This document shows positions 10,341 to 20,045 of a DNA stretch of 64,000 nt, one piece after another. The stretch's first letter is position 1. Every line of letters begins with the position of its first letter. The notes below the pieces were generated by a model. That model had not been told where the DNA came from and searched no databases. It worked only from the letters and a program-made list of their open reading frames with translations. This DNA is from an uncultured Actinomycetes bacterium. Its GTDB lineage: Bacteria > Actinomycetota > UBA4738 > HRBIN12. The position numbers were made by a program, and so were the translations under genes. The stretch spans positions 23,223-87,222 of the forward strand of contig CAVXJC010000005.1 of the NCBI GenBank assembly GCA_963762075.1, given 5' to 3'.

Positions 10341-10998
10341 CGTGGACGGTGAGAACGAAGCGCGGCTTCCTCGTGTCGGGCTCGATCTTGCGACGCAAGT
10401 TCTTCACGTGCGCGTCGATGGCACGCTCGTACGACTCGATCGCGACGCCATGGATGGCGTCGAGCAACTGCCCGCGCGTGAACACACGTCCCGGCTCGCG
10501 CGCGAGCGTCACCAGGAGGTCGAACTCGGTCGGCGTGAGATCGATCACCCTGCCCGCCACCTCGACCCGCATGCGCACGAGATCGACTTCGAGATCGCCC
10601 ACGCGCAGCTGCTCGGCCTTCGCTCCGGACACAGGGTCGGTACGGCGGAGCACCGCGCGCACGCGAGCCACGAGCTCTCTCGGGCTGAAGGGCTTCACCA
10701 CGTAGTCGTCGGCGCCGAGCTCCAGACCGACGATGCGATCGGATTCCTCACCCCGAGCCGTCAGCATCACGATCGGCACGGCCGAGGTGCGGCGCAGCTC
10801 CCGCGCCACGTCGAGCCCGTCGAGCCCCGGAAGCCCGAGATCGAGCACCACGAGATCCGGTCTCGCCCCTCGCGCGGAGGCAAGCGCCGCCGCGCCGTCG
10901 GCAGCCACCGTGACGCGGAACCCGGCATCCTCGAGGTAGTCGCGCAGCAAGCGCGAGATCTTCATCTCATCGTCGACGACCAGTATGTGGCGGGGCAC
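10312..10998 (-). CDS. OmpR/PhoB-family response regulator
   Basis: ILVVDDE...DLVVLDLGLPGLDG receiver domain plus a winged-helix C-terminus (LTPTEFDLLVTLAREPGRVFTRGQLL). I prefer the GTG at 10998. Confidence 0.85.
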   Translation of the reverse strand: MPRHILVVDDEMKISRLLRDYLEDAGFRVTVAADGAAALASARGARPDLVVLDLGLPGLDGLDVARELRRTSAVPIVMLTARGEESDRIVGLELGADDYVVKPFSPRELVARVRAVLRRTDPVSGAKAEQLRVGDLEVDLVRMRVEVAGRVIDLTPTEFDLLVTLAREPGRVFTRGQLLDAIHGVAIESYERAIDAHVKNLRRKIEPDTRKPRFVLTVHGVGYRFADA

Positions 10999-11124
10999 GG
11001 CGTCGGCCCTCCTGTGGGAACACGCGCTCAGTCTGACAGCGGACGCGGGACGGGAGCGGAGGTGCATTCGGCCTCCGCTCCCGGGATCCCTCGTCGTCCG
11101 GCTCGTTGGTGACGGGTCCCGTTG

Positions 11125-11607
11125 TCAGGCGGGTGCTGGCGGGGTCTCGGCTTCCGGTTCCGATGCACGGTCACCGGACTCGTGCATCTCCCGATGCCAG
11201 GCTTCTGCCCTCGAGCGCCATTCCTCGCCCGGGCCGCCGCGCCCCCAGCCACCTGGGCCGTGGCCCTCACCGGAAGGTCCCCACCCGCGACCGGGCCCCC
11301 AACCCCCGCCTCGCCACGCAAGCGAACGTACCAGCAGGATCACGCCGATCACGAACAGGGGAAAGATCAGCAGGCCGAACGGGAAGAACCCGCCATGCCC
11401 CGGGCCCCAGCCTCCATGCGCATATCCGTGGAGGTAGTCCGGACCTACCACCCGCACGACCTCCGAACCGCTGGGTGCCGTCGACTGGAGCGTTTGGATC
11501 TGCTGCGCGACACCATGAGCTTCGCCGGCGTTGTACGCGCCGACCGCGATACCGATCCCGGCCAGCACGATCAGCACCGCTGCCAAGATCACCGTTCCTC
11601 GTCGCAT
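11125..11607 (-). CDS. Gly/Trp-rich membrane protein, function unknown
   Basis: 160 aa with an N-terminal TM and a second TM preceded by HGGWGPGHGGFFPFGLLIFPLF. GC3 is high. It lies directly upstream of the RR-HK pair. Confidence 0.65.
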   Translation of the reverse strand: MRRGTVILAAVLIVLAGIGIAVGAYNAGEAHGVAQQIQTLQSTAPSGSEVVRVVGPDYLHGYAHGGWGPGHGGFFPFGLLIFPLFVIGVILLVRSLAWRGGGWGPGRGWGPSGEGHGPGGWGRGGPGEEWRSRAEAWHREMHESGDRASEPEAETPPAPA

Positions 11608-11781
11608 GTTCCGACCTCCTCCGCGGACCGTTGGGTGTGTGCCTGCCCGCAGCTTCGATGCTGGCGCCGGCGTGTGAAGCTGCCGTGAAGACGGTGAGGA
11701 GGAACCGCGAGCAGAGAGCGGGAGCAGGAGAAGCGTCAGGTCTTCGGGGTCGCCCCGCGTGGCGGACCAGCGATCACAGGC

Positions 11782-12132
11782 TCAGGCTCGGACGGCGTCG
11801 AGATGTTGCAGCAGCTCGTGGGCCGCCAGCTCGATCTCCTTGTGTCGCCATTCGGCCGCACGGTACTGGCACGCGATGAGCCCCATCCTGTGCACCCTGC
11901 GGAAGTCACCGTAGACGAACGCGTACCTGCCCTTCGTCTCCTCGGATGCGCCATCCGTGAGTGCGAGGTGCCATGCCGCGAACTCATCCCACGAGTGCGT
12001 TTCGAGGAACGAGTTCTCGTCGTCCGCGCTCGGCTGCACGTCACCCCACGCGCTTTCCAGCACGTATCGGTGAGCATCGATCAGTCGCCGAGCTTGGGTC
12101 ACACCTGCTTCATTGACCGAGTACGAGGCCAT
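11782..12132 (-). CDS. hypothetical protein
   Basis: 116-aa ORF with coding-like codon bias. I recognise no domain. Confidence 0.5.
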   Translation of the reverse strand: MASYSVNEAGVTQARRLIDAHRYVLESAWGDVQPSADDENSFLETHSWDEFAAWHLALTDGASEETKGRYAFVYGDFRRVHRMGLIACQYRAAEWRHKEIELAAHELLQHLDAVRA

Positions 12133-12197
12133 GCTTCCGACCTTCCCATCCCGCAGGGATCGGCAAACGCGTGGTCAGAGCACCACCGTCATCCGTG

Positions 12198-13454
12198 TCA
12201 CTCCGCCGGAGGGTCATCCCCTATCTGCGACACGGCGATCTCCTCTTCATGCCGCACACGGTCACGGATGTCGGAGAACTTCGTCGCCTCGAAGACGATG
12301 AGCGCGATCAAGACGGCGGCCACGAGCGCGAGCGCAGCGAGTGCGGGGATCTGCGTCGCCGCGGGGATCAGAGCGATCAGCAGCACGGCGATCACCACCC
12401 GCTGGACGTTCACGCTGCGCACGTTCCGGTAACGGAACGCGACGTGCGCCAGCAAGTACATCGCGACCCCACCGAACATCGCCACGAGCGGCAGCCACTC
12501 GAGCGCCTCGCTCAATTCGTGATGAGTGGAATCGGCCACGTACTCCATGACCTTCTTGAGGCCCAGAGCCAGCACGATGACCCCGGCGATCATGGGAAGG
12601 TGGAGGTAGCTGTATGAGTCGCGAGCCATGCGAGCGCGTTCTTCTCCTTCGGCCCTGCGCAGCACACGCTCGGCCACGAGCGCGACGACATCGAAGTACG
12701 CCCACCAGATGCACCCGGCGACCGTGAGTCCGAGCACGGCCGCAGCGATCACCGGCCACGAGATCGGTTCTTGGCTGACCCCGACTCCGATCGCCACGAT
12801 CGACTCGCCGAGCGCAACGATCAGGATCAAGCCGTGGCGCTCGGCGAAGTGACTCGCGGAATTCAACCGCCAACCGGACGCACCCGCGAGGATCGTGCCG
12901 ACGTAGTCGACGATGACGACCGCGAGCCAGGCGAGCGTCTGAGCCCTGCCATCGAGCTGAGAGGCCGCGAGCAGCAGCGCTGTGCTGCCGAGAACCGACG
13001 GAGCGAACCTGAGTAGCTGGCCTCGCAGTGCGTAGTCGTGTCCGGCGCCGGCAGCAAGCCAGAAGATCGTGAGATGCAGCAGCCGCACCGCCAAGTACGC
13101 GAACGCGATCACGACCGGACCTTCGAGTCCCCCTTCGATGTCGTCGAACGCTTCGGGCACCGTGAGCGCCATGACGAACATGGCGGCCATGGCGCCGAAC
13201 ATCGCCACACGACCGACGCCTTCATCGGCCTGCACGATGTTGCCCAGCCATGCGTAGCCCACCCAGCACCACCACAGCAGGGCGAGGACGAGCAGGCCCC
13301 GCACCATGCCCCGCACAGAGAGGTCGCCGGCCATGAGCGCGGTGACCTGCGTCAGCGAGAACACGAAGACGAGATCGAAGAAGAGCTCGATCGGCGTGAC
13401 CTTGGCCTCTTCGACGACCGACCGGATGCGCGGATGCCTCGGTGCGGTGCTCAC
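12198..13454 (-). CDS. ltrA: low-temperature-requirement A (LtrA) family membrane protein
   Basis: KVTPIELFFDLVFVFSLTQVT is the LtrA N-terminal signature. The protein has many TM helices. Confidence 0.8.
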   Translation of the reverse strand: MSTAPRHPRIRSVVEEAKVTPIELFFDLVFVFSLTQVTALMAGDLSVRGMVRGLLVLALLWWCWVGYAWLGNIVQADEGVGRVAMFGAMAAMFVMALTVPEAFDDIEGGLEGPVVIAFAYLAVRLLHLTIFWLAAGAGHDYALRGQLLRFAPSVLGSTALLLAASQLDGRAQTLAWLAVVIVDYVGTILAGASGWRLNSASHFAERHGLILIVALGESIVAIGVGVSQEPISWPVIAAAVLGLTVAGCIWWAYFDVVALVAERVLRRAEGEERARMARDSYSYLHLPMIAGVIVLALGLKKVMEYVADSTHHELSEALEWLPLVAMFGGVAMYLLAHVAFRYRNVRSVNVQRVVIAVLLIALIPAATQIPALAALALVAAVLIALIVFEATKFSDIRDRVRHEEEIAVSQIGDDPPAE

Positions 13455-13467
13455 GAGCCGAATCGTC

Positions 13468-14112
13468 TCACGGGTTCCGCGCAGCGAGTCGTTCGATGAT
13501 GCCGGCCCGCAGACGGTCGGTTGCCTCGATCGTGAATCCGGCGGCGAGCACGTGCGTGATCGGGCGCCGCGTCAACTCGTTGTCACTCCGTGACGGTGCG
13601 AGCTCCATCAGTCGCTGGATCCAGTAGATCGGCGTCACGCTGCTGCGTACGTGGTCGACCAGGATCAGCAGCCCCCCGGGTTTGAGGACCCGTCTCATCT
13701 CCAGGATAGTGCGACGCTCGTCGGGAACGCTGCACATGGCGTACGTGGAGACGACGGTGTCGAATGCATCATCCGGGAACGGGAGTGCCTGCGCGTCCCC
13801 CTCGCAGAGCCTGACCGGCACGCCGAGATCGATCGCCCGTTCCCGCGCACGCGCAAGCATCTCCGGCGTGAGGTCGAGTCCAGTGAGCCGTACATCGGGC
13901 GCGTAGTTCGGCAGGTTCAAGCCTGTGCCGATCGCGACTTCGAGGGTGTCACCGCTCGCGCGAGAGCATGCCCAGCCGCGGTGCTCGGCACCGAAGAGCC
14001 ATCGCTCGGTGCGATCGGCCTCGCGGTCGTATGTCGGCGCTTCCTTGGCGTACTGCCGTCGTCGCCGTTCGTTGGCGCTCACACCGTCGGGAGACGAGAC
14101 GTCGTTCGCCAT
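13468..14112 (-). CDS. class I SAM-dependent methyltransferase
   Basis: LEVAIGTGLNL (motif I) and LKPGGLLILVDH. Confidence 0.85.
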   Translation of the reverse strand: MANDVSSPDGVSANERRRRQYAKEAPTYDREADRTERWLFGAEHRGWACSRASGDTLEVAIGTGLNLPNYAPDVRLTGLDLTPEMLARARERAIDLGVPVRLCEGDAQALPFPDDAFDTVVSTYAMCSVPDERRTILEMRRVLKPGGLLILVDHVRSSVTPIYWIQRLMELAPSRSDNELTRRPITHVLAAGFTIEATDRLRAGIIERLAARNP

Positions 14113-14140
14113 CGGCCCTTCTCGCGCGGATGCCCCCGAT

Positions 14141-14518
14141 TCAGACGTTCTCCCAGAGGCCGAGCACGTTGCCCTCGGTGTCCTTGAAGTACGCGAACGC
14201 GCCCATGCCCGGGATCTCGGTCCGCGGCGTCACGACGGTGCCGCCGGCGGCTTCCACCCGCTTCATGGAATCGTCGATGGAATCGACGCCGACCGTGAGC
14301 ACGGGCGACGGCGTGTCGGCGGATCGTTTCATCATGCCGCCATTGATCGCGCCGGGCTCCGTCGGCAGCTGGGTCTGCTCGTCGACCGCGGTGGTCATGG
14401 CGATCGTGTAGTCCATGTCGTCGATCGTCTGCAGCTGCCACCCGAAGATCGAGCCGTAGAACTCTTTGGCTCGAGCGAGATCGTCGGTCGGGATCTCGAA
14501 ATGCACGACCTTGTCCAT
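14141..14518 (-). CDS. VOC family protein
   Basis: MDKVVHFEIPTDDLARAKEFYGSIFGW ... FKDTEGNVLGLWE. Confidence 0.85.
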   Translation of the reverse strand: MDKVVHFEIPTDDLARAKEFYGSIFGWQLQTIDDMDYTIAMTTAVDEQTQLPTEPGAINGGMMKRSADTPSPVLTVGVDSIDDSMKRVEAAGGTVVTPRTEIPGMGAFAYFKDTEGNVLGLWENV

Positions 14519-14542
14519 GTGCGCTCACTCCTTCCTGAGGGG

Positions 14543-14758
14543 TTACCCCGTCGTCGACGCTTCCTCTACCGTGATCGCGTTCTCGGGACAATCGGCTTCG
14601 GCAAGCCGGACCTGCGGTTCGAGCTCGGTGCCTACCTCGCGCAACCTCACGACGGCGTAGCCGTACTCGTCGGACTCGAATACCTCGGGGCACGCGACCA
14701 CACATCGATTGTGGCCCTGACAGCGTTCCCCGTCGACCTCGACCAGTACCGACGTCAC
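14543..14758 (-). CDS. small ferredoxin (P450 redox partner type)
   Basis: VTSVLVEVDGERCQGHNRCVVACPEVFESDEYGYA...CPENAI. The GTG start overlaps the P450 stop in a GTGA coupling. Confidence 0.8.
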   Translation of the reverse strand: MTSVLVEVDGERCQGHNRCVVACPEVFESDEYGYAVVRLREVGTELEPQVRLAEADCPENAITVEEASTTG

Positions 14759-15939
14759 GCTCCGCCATGCCTTTCGAGCACGAGGGGAAGTGCGTCGATG
14801 CCGTGCCACACGGGGTCCGACCCGGGCGCGAACGAGAAGTCGGGGTAGCGGATCAGGAACTCTTCCAGGGCGACCCGCAGCTCTCGCCGTGCCAGGTTGG
14901 AGCCCATGCACCGATGGATGCCGGCGCCGAACGCTACGTGCGGGTTCGGCTGTCGGTCGATCACGATGCGATCCCCGTCGGAGAACTTCGACTCGTCCCG
15001 GTTCCCCGCCCCGAACACCAGGAGCACACGGTCGCCCTCACTGAGCGACTGACCGCCGAGATCGACGTCGCGCGTGACGGTGCGCGCCATGCCCTGCACC
15101 GATGACAGGCACCGCAGGAACTCCTCCACCGCCGTGGCGACGAGCTCGGGCCGCTCGCGAAGCTTCGCTCGGTCCTCGGGGTGTTGCGCGAGGTACCAAA
15201 GGCCGCTGCGAAGCACCCACGCCGTGGTGTCGAGCCCGGCCACGACCAGGATGAAGCCATAATCCGCGAGCTCTTCGTCGGTGAGACGCCGGCCGTCGAT
15301 CTCGGCGGTGAGGAGGCGCCCGAACAGGTCGTCTCGCGGCGGCTGCCCTTTCCGTTCTCTGAGGACCGTCATGATGTAGGCGGTGAGCTCGGCTGCGGCG
15401 CGCAGCGTGGAGTCGTAATCGTGCGTGCGCACGTAGAAGATGCGGTTGATCCAATCTTCGAGCCTCGTGGACTCGTTGGTGGGCAGGCCGGCCAGCTCGC
15501 AGAACACCACCATCGGGAACGGCACGGCGTAGCGCGCAGCGACGTCGACAACATGCTCGGCGGGGAACGAATCGAGCAGTTCTCCCGCGTGACGGCGCAC
15601 CATCGGCTCGAGACGGTCGATCTGCTGCGGACTGAACGCCGGAAGCATCACCTTGCGGTACTTGCCGTGCATCGGAGGGTCGATGTCGATCGGCACGCCC
15701 GGACGCTCGTTGCCCATGGGCGGCAGCAGCATGCCGGGCGACACGGCGAACGTCTCTGGATCTTGCTCGACCCGATGGATATCGTCGAACCGGGTGACGA
15801 ACCAGAACCCGCCGTAATGCTCACTGAACCCGACAGGGCATCCTTCTCGCAGCTCGCGGTACACGTCGAAGGCGACATCGAGACCCTCGTCGTGATGCCG
15901 GAAGTCGCGCGCGAGCGCCTGAACCCGGTCGTCGATCAT
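14755..15939 (-). CDS. cytochrome P450
   Basis: 394 aa. It carries the haem loop FGAGIHRCMGSNLA and an ExxR motif (EEFLR). Confidence 0.95.
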   Translation of the reverse strand: MIDDRVQALARDFRHHDEGLDVAFDVYRELREGCPVGFSEHYGGFWFVTRFDDIHRVEQDPETFAVSPGMLLPPMGNERPGVPIDIDPPMHGKYRKVMLPAFSPQQIDRLEPMVRRHAGELLDSFPAEHVVDVAARYAVPFPMVVFCELAGLPTNESTRLEDWINRIFYVRTHDYDSTLRAAAELTAYIMTVLRERKGQPPRDDLFGRLLTAEIDGRRLTDEELADYGFILVVAGLDTTAWVLRSGLWYLAQHPEDRAKLRERPELVATAVEEFLRCLSSVQGMARTVTRDVDLGGQSLSEGDRVLLVFGAGNRDESKFSDGDRIVIDRQPNPHVAFGAGIHRCMGSNLARRELRVALEEFLIRYPDFSFAPGSDPVWHGIDALPLVLERHGGA

Positions 15940-16213
15940 GCGGGCGGCGAGCGTAGCTCGCAGCCCCCGAGCGGAGCAACCGCCTTGTCGGTCAGCTCGT
16001 CACGAGACCGGGCACGTTGCCGACGGGTCCGCCGCGCAGGGCTACCCTGAAGGGGTGGAGGACTTCCCGCAGTGTCCTTGTTTCGGGTATCGCGAGTGCC
16101 CGATGTGTCACGACATCCGGCCGTGCGGCCACTTCGGCAAGAGTCGTTGGTGTCCGCCGTGCCAGCGGCTTCGCAAGCAAGGCATGCGCCCGCGCACACA
16201 GCGTCGCGCCACG

Positions 16214-16354
16214 ATGCCGGCAGGTCGCACCTGCGCGGGTGAGTCCTGCTCGACGCGCCTGAGCGTGTACAACAACGGCGACCTCTGCGCGGTCTGCATG
16301 CGCCGGGTGGAGCGTGGCGCCACCGCTCCCACGGGCTCAGTGCGATCGGAGTAG
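16214..16354 (+). CDS. possible small zinc-ribbon protein (46 aa)
   Basis: MPAGRTCAGESCSTRLSVYNNGDLCAVCMRR has a C-x4-C ... C-x2-C pattern and high GC3. Its end overlaps the convergent hydrolase gene by 18 nt. Confidence 0.35.
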   Translation: MPAGRTCAGESCSTRLSVYNNGDLCAVCMRRVERGATAPTGSVRSE

Positions 16355-17125
16355 CTGCCGGATCGCGTCGAGCACTTGCTCCACCTCGCCTTCTGCCGAC
16401 ACGTGCGTGTGTCCGGGAAGCGAGAGGAACGCCGCGTTCGGGATCTCCTGGGCGGCCCGCCTCGCGGCATCGTGCATCTCATCGTCGGAACCGGCGTAGA
16501 TCAGACACGGAACTCGCCATGCCGAGAGGTCGTCGGCGATCGGGCCCTCGGCTGAGACCGATCTCCATGCGGCCAGGATCGCCTGCGGATCGTTCTCGAG
16601 CTCGAGGGTGCGAGTGGGCTCGGGGAAACGAACCCCGAGCCCCGTCTCGAACACCTCGATCAATCCCGGCATGCCCTCGGTGGCCGAAGCCTCGACTCCC
16701 GCCGCGATAGCCTTCGCGACCGGCGTCGACAGATCCCACTCGTACGGCTGGTTCCCGCAGAGCACGAGCGACCGAACCCGGTCGGGTGCGCGTTCCCCGA
16801 TCGCGAAGCCGAGGCGAGCACCCCACGAAACCCCGATCACATGCGCCCGATCGACGCCGACCTCGTCGAGCACGGCGATGTGATCGGCCACACGGGTGGG
16901 CAATCGGTACTCCTCGGGCTCATGTGGCTTGTCGCTCTTTCCGTGGCCTCGATGGTCGGCGAAGATCAGCCGGAACTCGTCCTGAAGCGCACCGGTGATC
17001 CCCCATGCCTGTGCGACCTGCAGCGGGTCGAGGAAGCCCGTGTAGAGCACAACGGGCGGACCAAAGCCTCCGCGGTCCTCGAAGTAGATCCGGAGTCCGT
17101 CGATGGGGTTGGTCGCGTAGGGCAT
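16337..17125 (-). CDS. alpha/beta hydrolase
   Basis: 262 aa. HRGHGKSD and the GVSWG nucleophile elbow are present. Confidence 0.85.
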   Translation of the reverse strand: MPYATNPIDGLRIYFEDRGGFGPPVVLYTGFLDPLQVAQAWGITGALQDEFRLIFADHRGHGKSDKPHEPEEYRLPTRVADHIAVLDEVGVDRAHVIGVSWGARLGFAIGERAPDRVRSLVLCGNQPYEWDLSTPVAKAIAAGVEASATEGMPGLIEVFETGLGVRFPEPTRTLELENDPQAILAAWRSVSAEGPIADDLSAWRVPCLIYAGSDDEMHDAARRAAQEIPNAAFLSLPGHTHVSAEGEVEQVLDAIRQLLRSH

Positions 17126-17194
17126 GACGCGGATCCTTCGGGTCGTCGCCGCAGCCTACGCCTCGGTCGGAGGCTCGCGGCTAGTGTGGCGCCG

Positions 17195-17615
17195 ATGACC
17201 GATCGATCCGACGCGCAGGCCGTGCTGTTCATCGGCGTCTACGGCAGCGGCAAGACGTCGCTGGTCGAAGAGATCGCCGACATCATGGAGGAGCACGGCG
17301 TGCGATACGGCGCGATCGACCTCGACTGGCTGGGGTGGTTCGACCCGGGCTTCGGCGACCACGACGCCGGCAGACCGGTCATGATGCGCAACGTCGATGC
17401 GGTCGTCGGCAACTAGCGGGTCGCCGCGACCCGACACGGTGCGCGCCGAAGTGTTCCGACTCCTGGGTTCCTTCGCAGAGCACACGACGCATGTGGCGCA
17501 GCGCTCGACCGAGGACGCCGTGGAGTTCGAGATCGCGACCGGCACGACGGCCGCCGAAAGCCCATACCTCCCCCACGGCCACCTCGTTCGGGTACGCGTG
17601 ACCCACCCACATTGA
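17195..17615 (+). pseudogene. P-loop kinase-like gene, apparently frame-disrupted
   Basis: MTDRSDAQAVLFIGVYGSGKTSL (Walker A) stops at TAG 17414-17416 after 73 aa. The +1 frame continues with strong GC3 bias to 17615 (...VRAEVFRLLGS...HLVRVRVTHPH). Confidence 0.45.
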
Positions 17616-17656
17616 GCCCGCGCTGTCTGGGCGGAGGAGGCCCTCCTCACGGTCGG

Positions 17657-18292
17657 TCAGGTCGTGAATCGGGCGGCCGAGTGATGCTCTTGCGCCAGGC
17701 GACGCAGCGCGGTCAACACCGCCTCGAACACGACGGTGCCCACGACCGCGTTCTCCGCGGCACGCTCTCGATCGGAACCGCCGGGGTTCTGGCTGAGCTC
17801 CCACTTCGCGACCTTGTCGGCCGCCTGCGCGTATCTCGTGAACACCTGAGGACCGACCCTCCACCCGAGGCACCGAAGCGTCTCGAGCGCCGATGCAAGC
17901 TCATCGCGATCTGGAGCATCCGCGTTGATCGTCCATCCGAGATCGGCGAGGAAGGCGTCGACCTCGATGCGCGCCTGTGCGAGCTCGGGGGAGCCTGCGT
18001 TCCTGGCTCCGCGTTGCGCAAGGGCATAGTGGGCCACACCGAGCGCCTCGTGCAGTGGTACCGAATCGTCGTCGATCGCGTCGAGGATGCTCGCGATCGT
18101 CGAGAGCGGGAGATCGCCGACCTGGGCCAGCGCCCTGATGAGTCGCGCGCGGCGAACGTGCGACTCACCGTACTCGGCCGGTCCTGAGTTCGACGCGTCG
18201 CCCGGCGCCAGCAGCCCTTCGCGCAAGTAGTACTTGATCGTCGGCACCGGGAGCCCGGTCTCGAGGCTGAGCTCGGACAATCGCACCCGCAA
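17657..18292 (-). CDS. MerR family transcriptional regulator
   Basis: MRVRLSELSLETGLPVPTIKYYLREGLL is a MerR HTH. Confidence 0.9.
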   Translation of the reverse strand: MRVRLSELSLETGLPVPTIKYYLREGLLAPGDASNSGPAEYGESHVRRARLIRALAQVGDLPLSTIASILDAIDDDSVPLHEALGVAHYALAQRGARNAGSPELAQARIEVDAFLADLGWTINADAPDRDELASALETLRCLGWRVGPQVFTRYAQAADKVAKWELSQNPGGSDRERAAENAVVGTVVFEAVLTALRRLAQEHHSAARFTT

Positions 18293-18312
18293 CCTCCCTC
18301 CTGTCTGTCGGG

Positions 18313-18344
18313 TTGACAGACGACGTGGATAGTAGCACTATCCA
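18313..18344 (+). promoter_or_regulatory. MerR-type promoter/operator: TTGACA followed by palindrome TGGATAGT-AGC-ACTATCCA
   Basis: TTGACA lies at 18313-18318 and a 19-bp perfect-arm palindrome at 18326-18344. The site is in the merR/membrane-protein divergent region. Confidence 0.5.
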
Positions 18345-18396
18345 GGATGGGATACCCATGCTATCCACATGATGCCGACCCGGAAGGAGAAGCGGC

Positions 18397-18816
18397 TTGG
18401 ACGCCACGCTCACGCTCTCGGATCCTGCACGCCTCACGGCGGGCATCCTCCTGCTCTCGATCGTCACGATCGAGTTCGGAGGCACGTATCTCCTCCGCAT
18501 CGTGCGGGGGGCCGTGCCCGCCACCCCCTTCCAGCTCGCGTTCGCTCGCGCGGGCCACGCGCACGCCGGCGTGCTCGTGATCTTCGCGCTCGTCTGCCAG
18601 CTCTACGTCGACGCGATCGACATCGACGGCATCGCCTCCTTGCTGGCCCGCAGCGGGGTGGCACTCGCGGCCATCCTGATGTCGGCCGGCTTCTTCCTGT
18701 CGTCGGCAGGCAAGGAGCGCTCCGAGCCGAGCGGCATGATCGCGCTCGTGTACTTCGGCGCCGCGTCGTTGGCGGCGAGCACGCTCACACTCGGTTATGC
18801 GTTGGTCACCTCATGA
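18397..18816 (+). CDS. membrane protein, function unknown (likely MerR target)
   Basis: 139 aa with four hydrophobic helices. It is divergent from merR. Confidence 0.6.
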   Translation: MDATLTLSDPARLTAGILLLSIVTIEFGGTYLLRIVRGAVPATPFQLAFARAGHAHAGVLVIFALVCQLYVDAIDIDGIASLLARSGVALAAILMSAGFFLSSAGKERSEPSGMIALVYFGAASLAASTLTLGYALVTS

Positions 18817-18884
18817 GGCGAGAGGAGCTGACGCCCCCCGCCGGGGTCGCTGGCCGATCCGGTAGCCACCTTCCTGGTGGGCGG

Positions 18885-19943
18885 TCAGCCCCTCGGGGAT
18901 GAAAGCGTCCTTCGAGCGACCTGCGCACGAACCGCCGGGGCAACCTCGGTGCCGAGCAGCTCGATCGAGCGCAGCAGCTTGTCGTGAGGCAATGACCCGA
19001 CGCTGAACTGCACGAGGAAGCGGTCGTGATCGAAGATCTCCTGCTGGAAGAGGATCTTCTCGATGACTTGCTGCGGCGACCCGACGAAGTTGGCTCCGCG
19101 CAGCGTCGCGCCGGCCTCGTACTGCTCGCGCGTCATCGGCTGCCACCCCCGCTCTCGGCCGATCGTGTTCATCATCGCCGCCGCGTACGGGAACGATTCC
19201 TCGATCGCCTGCTGCGAGGTCTCCGCGATGTAGCCGTGGGAGTTGATGCTCAGCGCCGGAAGTGGGTCGTGACCCGCCTGGTGCGCCGCGTCGCGGTGGA
19301 GCTCCGCGAAAGGCGCGAACCGCTCGGGCATGCCGCCGATGATGGCGAGGGCCATGGGCAGACCCAGCGAACCGGCGCGGAACGCCGACTCGGGCGCGCC
19401 TCCCACGGCGACCCAGATCGGCAGCGGTTCCTGCACGGGACGCGGGTACACGCCGACTCGTCCGTCGAGCGGCGCGCGGTGCTTTCCCGACCACTGCACG
19501 CGGTCGCTCTCGCGAAGCGCGATCAGCATCTTGAGCTTCTCCTCGAACAGGTCGTCGTAGTCCTCGAGGTCGAAGCCGAACAGCGGAAACGACTCGGTGA
19601 ACGACCCGCGGCCGGCCATGATCTCGGCTCGTCCTCCCGAGAGAAGGTCGACCGTTGCGAAGTCCTGGAAGACGCGCACCGGGTCGTCGGAGCTGAGCAC
19701 GGTGACGGCGCTCGTCAGCCGGATGCGCTCGGTGCGAGCCGCGGCGGCTGCCAACGCGACCGCCGGCGCCGAGACGATCAGATCGGGCCGATGATGCTCC
19801 CCGATGCCGAAGACGTCGAGCCCGAGCTGGTCGGCGAGCTCGACCTCTTCCATGAGGTTCCGCATGCGTTGCTCAGGGCTGATCAGCGCACCGGTGCGCG
19901 GGTCGGGATACAGCTCAGCGAAGGTATAGAGGCCGATCTCCAT
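18885..19943 (-). CDS. LLM-class flavin-dependent oxidoreductase (luciferase-like monooxygenase)
   Basis: 352 aa. [11 protein letters not shown] ... [11 protein letters not shown] is an LLM signature. Confidence 0.9.
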   Translation of the reverse strand: MEIGLYTFAELYPDPRTGALISPEQRMRNLMEEVELADQLGLDVFGIGEHHRPDLIVSAPAVALAAAAARTERIRLTSAVTVLSSDDPVRVFQDFATVDLLSGGRAEIMAGRGSFTESFPLFGFDLEDYDDLFEEKLKMLIALRESDRVQWSGKHRAPLDGRVGVYPRPVQEPLPIWVAVGGAPESAFRAGSLGLPMALAIIGGMPERFAPFAELHRDAAHQAGHDPLPALSINSHGYIAETSQQAIEESFPYAAAMMNTIGRERGWQPMTREQYEAGATLRGANFVGSPQQVIEKILFQQEIFDHDRFLVQFSVGSLPHDKLLRSIELLGTEVAPAVRAQVARRTLSSPRG

Positions 19944-20045
19944 GATCGAGGCTTAACCCTGTCACGGCGCCGGTTGTTCCGTCAGGCGCACGAGCCTCGC
20001 CTAGTGGCCAGGTGACCCGGTGCGACGTACCGAGATGTCGGGCCG

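Noticed and set aside
15938-16213. Cys-rich N-terminal 92 residues of the 138-aa ORF (…CPCFGYRECPMCHDIRPCGHF…).
   Set aside because: Codon usage is atypical, with many T-ending Cys, Pro and Tyr codons. There is no RBS or start context. Only the C-terminal 46 codons look coding.
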